Shown here: piece by piece, positions 1 to 9,643 of the stretch
Layout of the letters: every line of letters starts with the position of its first letter
Numbering within the stretch: position 1 is the first letter of the stretch
From: an uncultured Verrucomicrobiota bacterium
Lineage (GTDB): Bacteria; Verrucomicrobiota; Verrucomicrobiia; Limisphaerales; UBA8199
Direction of reading: 5' to 3'
DNA length: 64,000 bases
Assembly (NCBI GenBank): GCA_964446585.1
Contig: CAYUPI010000005.1
Location: forward strand, 12,593 to 76,592
Made by a program: the position numbers and the translations under genes
Notes under the pieces: generated by a model
The model's input: only the letters and a program-made list of their open reading frames with translations
Database searches by the model: none
What the model was told of the DNA's origin: nothing

Positions 1-1761
1 GATGTCGTCATGCTGAAAATCAATTTGCTCCATGCGGCTAAGACCGAGCATCCGATGAAACGCCTTGGTCATGTAATAGACCTGCAGCCGGCCGCCCACG
101 TCATCCTGGCGGGTGCCGTAATAAAGTGATACGGCCTGCGGGCGTCCAAACAGCAGCGCGAGGTTCACCATGTTCGTATCGTAGTGATCGGGCGGATAGT
201 AAATGCTCATGTTGAGCAGTCGCTCCCGGTGGACCAGGTCAATGAACGGGAAGTACTGCCATTTGGCAGCATGGATGCCCAATTCTGCCGGCGGCCGATA
301 ATCCATGAACCAGCCGCCATCCATCAGGCCAACGTAGTCCTCGCCACCACCCTCCGACCAGATCGGCACGTGGCCGAGGTATTTTCGCGCGAAATCGAAC
401 AAGGCTTTTTCGCCGCGCATCTGTTCCCAGGCTCCGTGGTGCCGGCCCTTGGAGTCGAAATAGTGGTGAGGCGCTTTGGAAGCATGGACATCGAGATAAA
501 GAGCGTTCGGGCCGACCTCAGCTCGCGTGATTGCCAGGTTCGAATATTTCGTGGCCGCGCTAGCCTTGTAACCCGGCTTGCCTTCGTCATCGTTGAACTC
601 GTAGCCGAACACGCCCATAACGCGCTGCGTGGCTTCATTGATATACAACTCCGGCAGCAGCCAGGACGAACCGTGATACCCGCGCACCATCTTGCCGTTG
701 TCACGATACTGCACTTTGTCGGGCGACCAATCCTTGGCTTTGCGTGGTCCCTCGCAGAACGAATCCAGATATAGGTCATAGGTGGCGTAAAGCGCGCCGT
801 AGGGCGCGACTCTCTGCCGGTCGCCGGGAGTTGGCCGGTATGACAGCCACACGAAATCCCGCGCGCCGCGGCCAACCCATTCCTCGAGGAAATTCTCGTA
901 GCGTTCGCCGATGGGATAGGCCGTCATGACTCCGACTCGGCCGGGTAACTGCCCGAGAGTACTCGGCGCCGGCACATGGATCGTGCTGCGATATTCAGCG
1001 ATTGCTTCGTTCGCTCCCTTCGCCGTAACGAAGAACAGATATGTGATGGGAGACTCACAATAGCAGGACAGGTCATACCGACCAAGGGCCGGGTCGAAGC
1101 GAAACCCTTTGGCTGGTCCGCTGGTAGCCTGCAATTCCGTCAGGCCGTTGCTCATCGTCCAGCACCAAAATCGGCAGGTGTTATAATTGTGAGGCACCTC
1201 GAAGGCTTTCGGCTTGTCCAGGACATACATTCGGCCAAAGAACATCCGCTCGGCCGCCAAACCCGTGCCGGTGTGATCTTCCAGGCCGAGCCGGTCCAGG
1301 TGCTGATCTTTGCCTTCAACGGACACCTGCACGCGCAGCCCGCGGTCTTGTGGTTCCATCCACAGACTGAAATGAATCCTGGTTGGCGAAGCCAATTCAG
1401 GATGCCTCAGTTTTTGGGTCACCTCGAGGCGCGTCCCGTTGAGCGTTGCCTCCGTGCTTTCCACGCTGAAATTGTTCGTCCGATGATTGAGGTGCACGTA
1501 GAAGCCGCCCAGATCGATCGCCTGCTCGTTGACGATCAAGCGGAGCGGCGCGTTGAACAGTCCGCGGCTTTTTGACACTGTTACCTGGATCTTTTCGTCC
1601 CCCTCCCAGCGCAGTATCAAATCATCGCCCCTTTCGCTCGCAGCGACGCGCCCTTGGTGTTGCGGTGGCGGCTCGGCCGCGACAAGCACCAGGGAAGCGA
1701 GAGCGACCAGCAATCCGAGGCAGGCTTGCTCCGCCACCTTGAGGGACTGCGGCTTTCTCAT
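1..1761 (-). CDS. Secreted hypothetical protein, 3'-truncated by the window edge (possibly glycoside-hydrolase-like; family not recognised)
   Basis: Absent from the ORF track because it runs off the window. Manual reverse-complement translation from the ATG (plus-strand CAT at 1759-1761) is stop-free for 587 codons down to position 1. It starts MRKPQSLKVAEQACLGLLVALASLVLVAAEPPP (signal peptide) and includes DVHASKAPHHYFDSKGRHHGAWEQMRGEKALFDFARKYLGHVPIWSEGGGEDYVGLMDGGWFMDY. The listed ORFs 184..774, 324..875, 976..1575 and 1529..1918 are off-frame artefacts of this gene. Confidence 0.75.
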   Translation of the reverse strand, partial: MRKPQSLKVAEQACLGLLVALASLVLVAAEPPPQHQGRVAASERGDDLILRWEGDEKIQVTVSKSRGLFNAPLRLIVNEQAIDLGGFYVHLNHRTNNFSVESTEATLNGTRLEVTQKLRHPELASPTRIHFSLWMEPQDRGLRVQVSVEGKDQHLDRLGLEDHTGTGLAAERMFFGRMYVLDKPKAFEVPHNYNTCRFWCWTMSNGLTELQATSGPAKGFRFDPALGRYDLSCYCESPITYLFFVTAKGANEAIAEYRSTIHVPAPSTLGQLPGRVGVMTAYPIGERYENFLEEWVGRGARDFVWLSYRPTPGDRQRVAPYGALYATYDLYLDSFCEGPRKAKDWSPDKVQYRDNGKMVRGYHGSSWLLPELYINEATQRVMGVFGYEFNDDEGKPGYKASAATKYSNLAITRAEVGPNALYLDVHASKAPHHYFDSKGRHHGAWEQMRGEKALFDFARKYLGHVPIWSEGGGEDYVGLMDGGWFMDYRPPAELGIHAAKWQYFPFIDLVHRERLLNMSIYYPPDHYDTNMVNLALLFGRPQAVSLYYGTRQDDVGGRLQVYYMTKAFHRMLGLSRMEQIDFQHDDI

Positions 1762-1920
1762 GGGCGGAAATTGCCAAGACCCGTTGAACACCGCAAGCGG
1801 ACACGAGCCAGACGGCGTTTGGTCCAATGGCGCGCTTGAACGCCGGGGCTCTGCGTCGCTACATTTGCGGATGCTAAACTGCCTGTGTAGCCCAACCGCG
1901 AGACCGTGGCGCAGGTAAAG

Positions 1921-2847
1921 ATGAGCGCGAAAAGAAAGTTGATGGTGACGGGAGCGCACGGGTTCGTGGCCGGCAGCGTCTTGGCTCAAGCCGGCGATGA
2001 CTGGGAGGTGCACGCGGTCTCGCGCAGCTCCGAGCCCGCGCAGCCTGCTCGGACGGCGCAGCAAGGCGATCGGGCGAATCACCGCTGGCACATCTGCGCT
2101 CCGTTGGCGACGGACCAGTTGGCCCAGTTGTTCCGCGAGGTGCGGCCGGATGTGGTTATCCACAGCGCGGCGCTGGCTGATATTGACTTTTGCCAGACTC
2201 ACCCCGAACTCGCCCACGCGGTGAATGTTGAACTGACGCGCAATCTGGCTGAGTTGTGCGCAAAGACGGGCACGCGCCTGATTTTTTGTTCCACGGACAC
2301 CATTTTCGACGGCGAAAATGCGCCGTACAAGGAAAACGATCCGCCCGGCCCGGTGAACCTATATGCTGAAACAAAGGTGCAAGCCGAGGACATCGTCAAT
2401 CGGCTGGGGGCGCAGGGCGTTATCGCCCGACTGTCGCTCGTCGTCGGCTTGCCGGTGCTGGGCTCAGGCAATTCGTTTCTGGTCCGCATGCTTGGCGCTT
2501 TCCGAGAAGGGCGCACCATTGGTATGTCAGAACGGGAGATCCGTACGCCCATAGATGTGCTCACCGTCGGCCGGGCGCTGCTGGAACTGGCCGCGAACGA
2601 CCACCAAGGAGTATTCCATCTGGCCGGCCTCAGCCGCGTGAACCGACTGGAACTGGGACGGGCGATTGCCAACCGGTTTGGGTTTTCGCAGGAACTGGTC
2701 GTCGCCCAGGGCGCGGCTGCCGCGCCCGGCCGCGCCACGCGGCCCAGGGACGTCTCTCTCGATAACCACAGGACTCGCGACGCGCTTCAAACACCCATGC
2801 GCACCCTCGACGAAGGACTATCGTTGATTATCCAAAATCAGGTTTGA
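1921..2847 (+). CDS. NAD(P)-dependent sugar nucleotide reductase/epimerase, RmlD (dTDP-4-dehydrorhamnose reductase)-like SDR
   Basis: ORF 1906..2847. N-terminal Rossmann motif MVTGAHGFVAGS and catalytic YAETKVQAE (YxxxK). The ATG at 1921 is preferred over the GTG at 1906. It lies directly upstream of a DegT aminotransferase. Confidence 0.8.
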   Translation: MSAKRKLMVTGAHGFVAGSVLAQAGDDWEVHAVSRSSEPAQPARTAQQGDRANHRWHICAPLATDQLAQLFREVRPDVVIHSAALADIDFCQTHPELAHAVNVELTRNLAELCAKTGTRLIFCSTDTIFDGENAPYKENDPPGPVNLYAETKVQAEDIVNRLGAQGVIARLSLVVGLPVLGSGNSFLVRMLGAFREGRTIGMSEREIRTPIDVLTVGRALLELAANDHQGVFHLAGLSRVNRLELGRAIANRFGFSQELVVAQGAAAAPGRATRPRDVSLDNHRTRDALQTPMRTLDEGLSLIIQNQV

Positions 2848-2893
2848 CTTTCGGACAACAGCCCCTAGCTAATAGCGGCGACCAACCGCCCAG

Positions 2894-4093
2894 ATGAGCA
2901 CTCCCAAAATCAAGTTTGACCTGCAAGTCAAGTACGGCAGCGAGTATGGTGCGGAGGAAGAGCGCGCGATTTTGGAAGTTTTGCGCCAGGGGGCGCCGAC
3001 CAGCGGCGAGGCGTGCATCCAGTTCGAGAAAGACTTCGCGGCCTACTGCGGCACGGCCCACGCACGCGCAGTGAGCAATGGAACGGCGGCGCTGTTTCTT
3101 TCGCTAGTGGCCCTGGACGTCAAAGCAGGTGACCGCATTTTGACGACGCCAATGACGTGGATTGCCACCGCCGCGGCCGGCGTGACGCTCGGTGCAGAAG
3201 TGGATTTCGTGGATATCGACCCGGCGACTTACAATCTTAATCCAGCAGAACTGGAGGCCAAAATCACTCCCAAGACCAAGGCCATCCTTCCCGTGCATTT
3301 GTACGGCCAATGCTGTGACATGGACAATATCCTGGCGATTGCGCGGCGGCACGGTGTTGCTGTGGTCGAGGATGCCTGCCATGCGGTGGGCGCGGAATAT
3401 AAAGGCCGCAAGGCGGGCAGCCTGGGCACGACCGGCTGTTTCAGCTTTCATGAACAGAAAAACATTTCGACGCTGGGCGAAGGTGGCATGATTGTCACGA
3501 ATGATCCCGCCATCTTCGAGCGCGTGGCCCTCTACCGCTCGCATTGCACACGCGTGTACGGCCGGAGCACGAAATACTGTTCGTTGGATGAGGTGCGATT
3601 CCCGATGGGTAAACGGTTCTGGTGGCAGGATTTCGACGATTGCGGCTACAACTTCCGCCTGACCGATATGCAGGGAGCCGTTGGAGTCGTGCAATTGAAG
3701 AAACTGGACGCGCTCAACCAACGGCGCATCGACAACGCCGCCTATCTCACGAAGGGGTTGAGCGACGTGCCTGGCATCACTTTGCCAAGTGTCAGTCCGG
3801 GCAACAAGCACGTGTTCCACTTGTTTCCCATTCAGATCGATCCGGAGAAGTTCGGCCGGGCCAAAGACGATTTCATTTACGCGATGTTGCACGAGAAAGG
3901 GATCAAAGTTGGCACTCACTACACGCCGTTGCATTACGCCACTGCCTTTCAGAAGCGCGGATTCCGGAAAGGACAGTTTCCCGTAGTGGAGGCGGTTGCC
4001 GAGCGATTGGTCACGCTGCCCGTCAACCCGCGCCAATCCCGGGAGGCGTTGGATTATCTCATCGAAAGCATCCGGAGTTTGCGCGGCGCATGA
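2894..4093 (+). CDS. DegT/DnrJ/EryC1/StrS family PLP-dependent sugar aminotransferase
   Basis: 399 aa. Family signatures AVSNGTAALFLSL, ILPVHLYGQCCDMD and VVEDACHAVGAEYKG, plus the PLP-lysine context SFHEQKNISTLGEGGMIVTND. Confidence 0.9.
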   Translation: MSTPKIKFDLQVKYGSEYGAEEERAILEVLRQGAPTSGEACIQFEKDFAAYCGTAHARAVSNGTAALFLSLVALDVKAGDRILTTPMTWIATAAAGVTLGAEVDFVDIDPATYNLNPAELEAKITPKTKAILPVHLYGQCCDMDNILAIARRHGVAVVEDACHAVGAEYKGRKAGSLGTTGCFSFHEQKNISTLGEGGMIVTNDPAIFERVALYRSHCTRVYGRSTKYCSLDEVRFPMGKRFWWQDFDDCGYNFRLTDMQGAVGVVQLKKLDALNQRRIDNAAYLTKGLSDVPGITLPSVSPGNKHVFHLFPIQIDPEKFGRAKDDFIYAMLHEKGIKVGTHYTPLHYATAFQKRGFRKGQFPVVEAVAERLVTLPVNPRQSREALDYLIESIRSLRGA

Positions 4094-4110
4094 TGGCCTG
4101 AGCTGAGTCG

Positions 4111-7100
4111 TTACTGAGAATAATTCAGCACGACATTGTCCCCGGAGAATCGGGAGAGGTTGAGCCTTAAAGCGGTGGTGGAGCGCAATCGATAAAAGCG
4201 AGCATTGCCGGACTTGGGCACAGTGATCGTCTTGGCGCTCGGATCAATAAGAGCCGTCGGCTCGAATGAGTACGGTCCGTCAATCGTGGCCGATGATTCA
4301 AGCTCCACCGTCAGCGGCTTGACCAATTCTCTGACACCGGTGGTCCGGTTGACCCAATACCATTCACAATTTGCGCCGCCTGAGCCCTGTTCCTGGACGA
4401 GGCGAAACTCATACACCCCGTTGGTGGCCACTGCAAAATCAAACTGTCCGTCGTCCCTGGTCCCTGGAAAGGTTTCCGAACTGCCTAAATATACATTCGT
4501 GCCGTCCGGGCCACCGGCTGTCACCTTGAATTGATCATCGCTGTTGACGCCCATACGAAAAACACCCTGTGCCAATTGAAGTTTAATGGTTGCGGCAATA
4601 GCGAAGTGAGTTGGCGGGCTTTGATTGGGATCACAAACAATGCCTGGATAAGTGGTATCACCCGGGATAAACCCCACAGAGTTCCCGCAGGACTCATAAT
4701 TCACGGCATTGGGCTCGGTATAGAAGCCGCTATTGGTGCCGGCTGCTTCATTAGGCCAGGGTTGCCCGGTCGAGGGGTCGATCAGTTCGCCGGCCAACTG
4801 CCGCTCGGCGCGCGCGATCGTATTCGGGAAGCTGCCAACTCCCGGACAGCCGGCACTGTCGTCATTAGGTCCCTTCTGAACCTGGACGGTGAACGACGAA
4901 TCCGACACAGATGCAAGAGCGTCGCCGGCATCGAGGAGCGGAATTGATGGATCAACAGTAAACGTCCAGTAATTCGATTGGGCCCCCGAGCCATCAGCAA
5001 ACACAACGCTAAGCGTGTGCACGGAATTGGGCAGCAGCAACCCGGGCGGGCGGTAACTTACCGTTGCGCCTGCTCCTTCACTGGAAGTACAGGCAATCGT
5101 CGCCGAACCGGTGACGTTGCTGCCGTCGAATCGCAGTTGAATGCTATTGGGACAATCAAGGCCGGTGTAGCCAGTACGAATTGCAATATTCACCGCTGAG
5201 TCCGGAGCGAAATTGTCGGAACCCGCTGAGGGCGAAGCCGAGGCAATCCATGCTCCAGAAGAAGGCGAGGCAGTCGTGGGGACAAACAGCAGATAGTTCA
5301 GTTCTAAATCAGTAAGTCTGGCACCCGCAACGCGGCCCGATCGGACTTGATTCGCGTTCAGCCGGAAAGTGGCCGGACCGGATATGCCCAATGTCTGAAT
5401 GTTGCCCGCGGCATCTGAGAGTGGCACGTAACGATAGCGGGATGAACTGCCGGTATTCGGCACGAGGAATTGCCCGCGGATACTGGTGGTTTGGTTGGAA
5501 GTCGTGCTGCCGCTGGTCACGCTATCAAAACGCACGTCCTGCCGGCCCTGACTGGCTGCGCGCAGATACACGTTATAGTTACCGGATGGGAAGGTGCGGG
5601 TGTAGTTCATCCAATCGCCCGGGTTCATGAAGCTCACGTAGTAGTCCGGAACATTCACCGCTACATGGTCAGGGCGCGGTGTATCTCCAGTAAAGTTTAA
5701 GCCTTGCGCTGTGCTAACCAAGTCACTGCTGCGATACTGTTGTGTGCGAAAAAGGCGCGGAAAGACAGCATGGAAGTCCACGTCAGGCGTTCCAGCCAAA
5801 TCGTAATAACCAATGCCGTTCCCATTGACCTGATTGCCAGGGCTAGTCTGAGTATCAGCCGTTGTAGTGTCGTCGAGCCCTGATACAGGTGGGTTGTCCT
5901 GAAAGTTCCCGCTGTCGTAGTTGTAGTCCTCCGCTTCGATCAAAACGACGCCACTGGCAGTAAACGTATCGAAAACCCAGTTGTTCGTTGTTCCGAGCCC
6001 GGAACCATCCAACGCAATGATTTGTCCTTGATAAATCTGGTTGGTTGCCAGAACCCCGGTATAGCGAACGAAGAAAGAAGAGGAAAACGGATTGGATGTA
6101 TCGGAAATAACCAGTTGGTCGCTGACGTCGTCGCCATTCAGAAACAATTTCAGCGCATTGGTGTTTACTGCATTGAGATTTAAAGTCGTTGCCATGAAGG
6201 TGATGTTGCTGCCGTTTTGAGGCGGCGAATAAAACAAGGTCTGCGGGCGCGGCGTCACATTCACTACCTGTGGGGTGCCGGGGAAACCGATTGGCGTGGC
6301 GGGATCGGCGCCGGCATAATAATTGTCGAAGGTAAAATCGCAGAGTGAATTAAAATCCAAATTGAACCAGCCGAGCAAGTTCTCGCCACTTGGGTGGGCA
6401 GCAGTTGCGGTAGGGCCGTTCCGAAATCTGATTCGAGCAATCGGCTCCAACAAATCTGTTCGATCATACAGCTCGGCTGTGAAAACATCGTTGGCTGCAA
6501 GGAAGCTCATGCGAAATTGTTTTGAAGGGCTGAACTGCGATATGAACGCGGCGCCACCGGTATATATGTCTGGCTCACTGACGTTGATCTCGCCGCTAAA
6601 CTCGAGCGGCAGCATTACTTGCTGCCGCGCACGCGGGCCGCCCAGGCTGTAAGCTACGTAATAACCCCCCGTCTGAAGTGCGCCGGGAGTGGTGATTCTA
6701 GCTCCGATAATAGCGAGCGAATCGACCGAATTGCTCGCATAGTGCAGAATGTCAACAGCCTGAAAAAAGTCGGTGTACTGCTCGGTTCGGTAGCTGCCGC
6801 CGCGGTTGAAGAGGCCGTTGCAATTCATCGGCGGTCCCATCATGCGATAGGCGAAACCGCCGGAACCATCATCTGGAAAAGTCCAGGTTGGCGACTGACC
6901 ACCTTCGGTTGCCGGGCTATAATGGAACCAGCCGGCTTCAGCGGCAGGTCCACTGTTAAAGTCTTGCGAAACCGTCGGTGACTGAAAGAAGATGAGCTGG
7001 TCGCAAGTAGAAAAGTTGCCGCACATATCTGTTACTCGGTATCTGCGAGTCGTGGACTGACTACCGGGCGAATCTGTGGAAGTGACCGTGACACTGCCGC

Positions 7101-9003
7101 CACAGTTTTCCGAGATGGTCCCGCCCTGAGCAATGAAGCTGTCCGAATTGGTGGCGGGGGCAGGGGCGGAGGAACCAGCGCGGACTGCCACGTTCGGCGG
7201 ACAGGTGATGGTTGGCGGGGTCGTGTCGTTGACCGTGATGATCTGGTTGCAACTTTGACTATTGCTGCACAAATCCGATACCAGATACGTCCGAGTAATG
7301 ATGAATCTGCTGGGGCAGGTCTGATTGTTCGTCGCGTCGCTGGAAGCGACCGTCACTGGGTCGCCGCAATTTTCCGAGATGGCGCCGCCCTGGGCAATAA
7401 AGCCGGCCGAGTCGGTGGCCGGCGACGGCACGACCGAGGCACACTGCACGGTCACGTTTGTCGGGCAGGTAATTGTGGGCGTCGTCGTATCGTTGACTGT
7501 GATCGTCTGGTCGCACATTTGAGAGTTGCTGCACTGGTCGGTCACGGTGTAGGTGCGAGTGATGGTAAAGCGGCTGGGGCAGATCTGGTTGTTGGTCGCG
7601 TCGGTGGAACTGATTGTCACTCCGCCGCCGCAGTTTTCCGAGATGGTCCCGCCCTGGGCGATAAAGCCCGCGGAGTCGGTGGCCGGGGTTGGCACCGCCG
7701 AGGCGCATTGCACCGTAACATTCGTCGGACAGCTAATCGCGGGAGCCGTCGTGTCGTTGATCGTGATGGTCTGATCGCACATCTCAGCATTGCCGCAAGT
7801 GTCTGCCACCGTATAACTGCGCGTGATGGTGAAGCGGTTGGGACAGGTCTGGTTGATCGTCGCATCGGTGGAACTGACTGTCACTCCTCCGCCGCAGTTT
7901 TCCGAGATGGTCCCTCCCTGGGCGATAAAACCCGCGGAATCGGTCGCTGGTGCGGGTACAGCGGAGCCACACTGGACAGTGACGTTCGTCGGGCAGTTGA
8001 TTGCGGGCGCGGTCGTATCATTGACCGTGATGGTCTGGTTGCACGACTGGATATTGCCGCACAGATCCCTCACGGTATAGGTCCGGGTGATGGTGAAGCG
8101 GTTGGGGCAAGTCTGGTTGTTCGTGGCGTCGGCTGAATTGAACTGCAGCACTGAGACGGGGCAGTCGTCAGAGATCGTGCCCCCCTGGGCGATGAAACTC
8201 GTCGAATCGTTCGCCGCCGCCGGCAGGGCCGAGGCGCATTGCATGGTCACGTTCGTTGGGCAAGTGATCGCGAGAACAAATGGGGGCACCGTAATCGGCG
8301 TCGCGTCCAGCCGGACATTGTCCATATATATAGCCGCTGGAATGGTAGCATCGCTCCCGCTGGTGCCGGTCAAACGAATGATCAGCGGCGAACCGACCAA
8401 CGGGTGGTTGGGGGCAATCACATATTGGTTAACGGAATCGACAAAACTGTTCGCCGCGGGCGTTTGATGGTCGGTGACGGTCGGAGCCAGCAGCACTCCT
8501 CCCGCGAGCAAGTCAATTCTGTAATTGCCAAAAGTGAAATGCTTGTCCGCCCCTACCGCCACCGTGAGGGTGTACCGCCGGTTTCCCTCCAGGTTGCCGA
8601 GCGTTCCGGTGTTCGTGATCGAAGTGCTTGGAGTATTACGAAAAGTCAGTGCCTGGGCCCCGGCGGCTGGGGCGGGGAGCGACCCGGACATGGCCGCGCC
8701 GGTGAACTGAGATGCCGTCGGGTTAATCACCTCGTAATCGGTCAACGTCGAGTCGTAAATGGGGTTGCCCGTGGGTACCAATGTCCACCCCGGCACAGTG
8801 TGGGTAGTATCCCCGTCACCTAGTACGGGGAGCTCAAAACTAAAGTTGTCAATCGTGATCGGAGCGGCGTGCGCCACCTTGCCCAGCCCAAACCAAATCA
8901 GACACGAAGCAAGAATAGCAGCCGGGCAGAAAACTTTCCGGCAATTTGGCAGCTTCATCCGGAGCATTTCAGTTTTTCCCGGAAGGGATACATTCTGTCT
9001 CAA
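4111..9003 (-). CDS. Giant secreted repeat protein (adhesin/glycan-binding-like) with five Cys-rich ~88-aa Ig/HYR-like modules and a CBM6/35-like segment
   Basis: 1630-aa ORF with an N-terminal signal peptide (CPAAILASCLIWFGLGKVAHA). Five tandem modules follow the pattern CPTNVTVQC...FIAQGGTISENCGG...ITRTYTVxDxCGNxxxCxQxITVNDTTxP. A CBM6-like stretch reads VVLIEAEDYNYDSGNFQDN...GDWMNYTRTFPSGNYNVYLRAAS. The true start may be an internal Met (MLRMKL or MKLPNC). Confidence 0.85.
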   Translation of the reverse strand: MRQNVSLPGKTEMLRMKLPNCRKVFCPAAILASCLIWFGLGKVAHAAPITIDNFSFELPVLGDGDTTHTVPGWTLVPTGNPIYDSTLTDYEVINPTASQFTGAAMSGSLPAPAAGAQALTFRNTPSTSITNTGTLGNLEGNRRYTLTVAVGADKHFTFGNYRIDLLAGGVLLAPTVTDHQTPAANSFVDSVNQYVIAPNHPLVGSPLIIRLTGTSGSDATIPAAIYMDNVRLDATPITVPPFVLAITCPTNVTMQCASALPAAANDSTSFIAQGGTISDDCPVSVLQFNSADATNNQTCPNRFTITRTYTVRDLCGNIQSCNQTITVNDTTAPAINCPTNVTVQCGSAVPAPATDSAGFIAQGGTISENCGGGVTVSSTDATINQTCPNRFTITRSYTVADTCGNAEMCDQTITINDTTAPAISCPTNVTVQCASAVPTPATDSAGFIAQGGTISENCGGGVTISSTDATNNQICPSRFTITRTYTVTDQCSNSQMCDQTITVNDTTTPTITCPTNVTVQCASVVPSPATDSAGFIAQGGAISENCGDPVTVASSDATNNQTCPSRFIITRTYLVSDLCSNSQSCNQIITVNDTTPPTITCPPNVAVRAGSSAPAPATNSDSFIAQGGTISENCGGSVTVTSTDSPGSQSTTRRYRVTDMCGNFSTCDQLIFFQSPTVSQDFNSGPAAEAGWFHYSPATEGGQSPTWTFPDDGSGGFAYRMMGPPMNCNGLFNRGGSYRTEQYTDFFQAVDILHYASNSVDSLAIIGARITTPGALQTGGYYVAYSLGGPRARQQVMLPLEFSGEINVSEPDIYTGGAAFISQFSPSKQFRMSFLAANDVFTAELYDRTDLLEPIARIRFRNGPTATAAHPSGENLLGWFNLDFNSLCDFTFDNYYAGADPATPIGFPGTPQVVNVTPRPQTLFYSPPQNGSNITFMATTLNLNAVNTNALKLFLNGDDVSDQLVISDTSNPFSSSFFVRYTGVLATNQIYQGQIIALDGSGLGTTNNWVFDTFTASGVVLIEAEDYNYDSGNFQDNPPVSGLDDTTTADTQTSPGNQVNGNGIGYYDLAGTPDVDFHAVFPRLFRTQQYRSSDLVSTAQGLNFTGDTPRPDHVAVNVPDYYVSFMNPGDWMNYTRTFPSGNYNVYLRAASQGRQDVRFDSVTSGSTTSNQTTSIRGQFLVPNTGSSSRYRYVPLSDAAGNIQTLGISGPATFRLNANQVRSGRVAGARLTDLELNYLLFVPTTASPSSGAWIASASPSAGSDNFAPDSAVNIAIRTGYTGLDCPNSIQLRFDGSNVTGSATIACTSSEGAGATVSYRPPGLLLPNSVHTLSVVFADGSGAQSNYWTFTVDPSIPLLDAGDALASVSDSSFTVQVQKGPNDDSAGCPGVGSFPNTIARAERQLAGELIDPSTGQPWPNEAAGTNSGFYTEPNAVNYESCGNSVGFIPGDTTYPGIVCDPNQSPPTHFAIAATIKLQLAQGVFRMGVNSDDQFKVTAGGPDGTNVYLGSSETFPGTRDDGQFDFAVATNGVYEFRLVQEQGSGGANCEWYWVNRTTGVRELVKPLTVELESSATIDGPYSFEPTALIDPSAKTITVPKSGNARFYRLRSTTALRLNLSRFSGDNVVLNYSQ
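6980..8290 (-). repeat. Five tandem ~264-bp coding repeats inside the giant protein gene
   Basis: Blocks recur on the plus strand with a ~264-nt period, for example ccgccgcagttttccgagatggtcccgccctgggcgataaagcccgcggagtcggt. By eye the units are roughly four-fifths identical (not computed). Off-frame ORFs such as 7553..7774, 7823..8080 and 8087..8467 repeat MMVKRLGQVWL for the same reason. Confidence 0.85.
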
Positions 9004-9384
9004 GTCGTTTGTGACATGCCTTTTAGATTAGGCGCCAGTTTGGCTCTGACCCCGAAGTTGAGACTAGCAGATCCGACGAAAATGGCATGTCGCCTAAGTA
9101 CGCGACAAGACCCATGTGGTTATCGGAGCGGGCTTTCCCAAGTGGCTAGGAGGGTGCCTTTGAAATGCAGATTAGCTCCCCATGCAGAAACAGGTTGTCG
9201 GAGGAAGCTGTAAGCAATACGGTTGCAGGCGTGGCTGATGGGTTTTACTGCCGGTCAATCCACGCCAATCCCGAGAGGCGCCGGATTATTGGATCGAACG
9301 CATCCGAAGCTTGCGCGGCGGCTGACATCGAGTTCCCCAAGATGCCGCGCCTAGCGCGTATCCATGGAGCACAAAACAGCATTA

Positions 9385-9625
9385 ACCACAGAGGCACACC
9401 GATGGACGCGGATAAGAAACGGAAAGACCTAAGAAGGGAAGAACTTTTACAGAAGGCAACAAATGGAACGAAGGAGGAGCGTTGGCCCTGAACGGATGCG
9501 TTTCTGGCATGTGCTCTTGCAGGTCCTCCAGTAACTTCGTTAACTTCTGTAGAGACGCCTTTGCTCCGCCTGCTTTCTTTTTTCCGTATCTGTGTTTGTC
9601 TGAGTCCATCTGTGGTTTTCTGCTG
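9385..9625. repeat. MITE-like composite palindromic element in the intergenic region
   Basis: Imperfect terminal inverted repeats. The left end is aaccacagaggcacaccgatggacgcggataagaaacgg. The reverse complement of the right end is aaccacagatggactcagacaaacacagatacgg. No credible ORF lies inside. Confidence 0.55.
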
Positions 9626-9643
9626 AACGCCGACGGTTAAGCA

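Noticed and set aside
184-1918. Track ORFs 184..774, 324..875, 744..929, 976..1575 and 1529..1918
   Set aside because: All are off-frame or antisense to the single stop-free minus-strand frame 1..1761, which has a signal peptide and protein-like composition.
6980-8290. Regular ~264-bp repeats as a possible CRISPR or satellite array
   Set aside because: The repeats are contiguous with no unique spacers, they lie entirely within one long ORF, and they translate to a conserved Cys-rich protein module.
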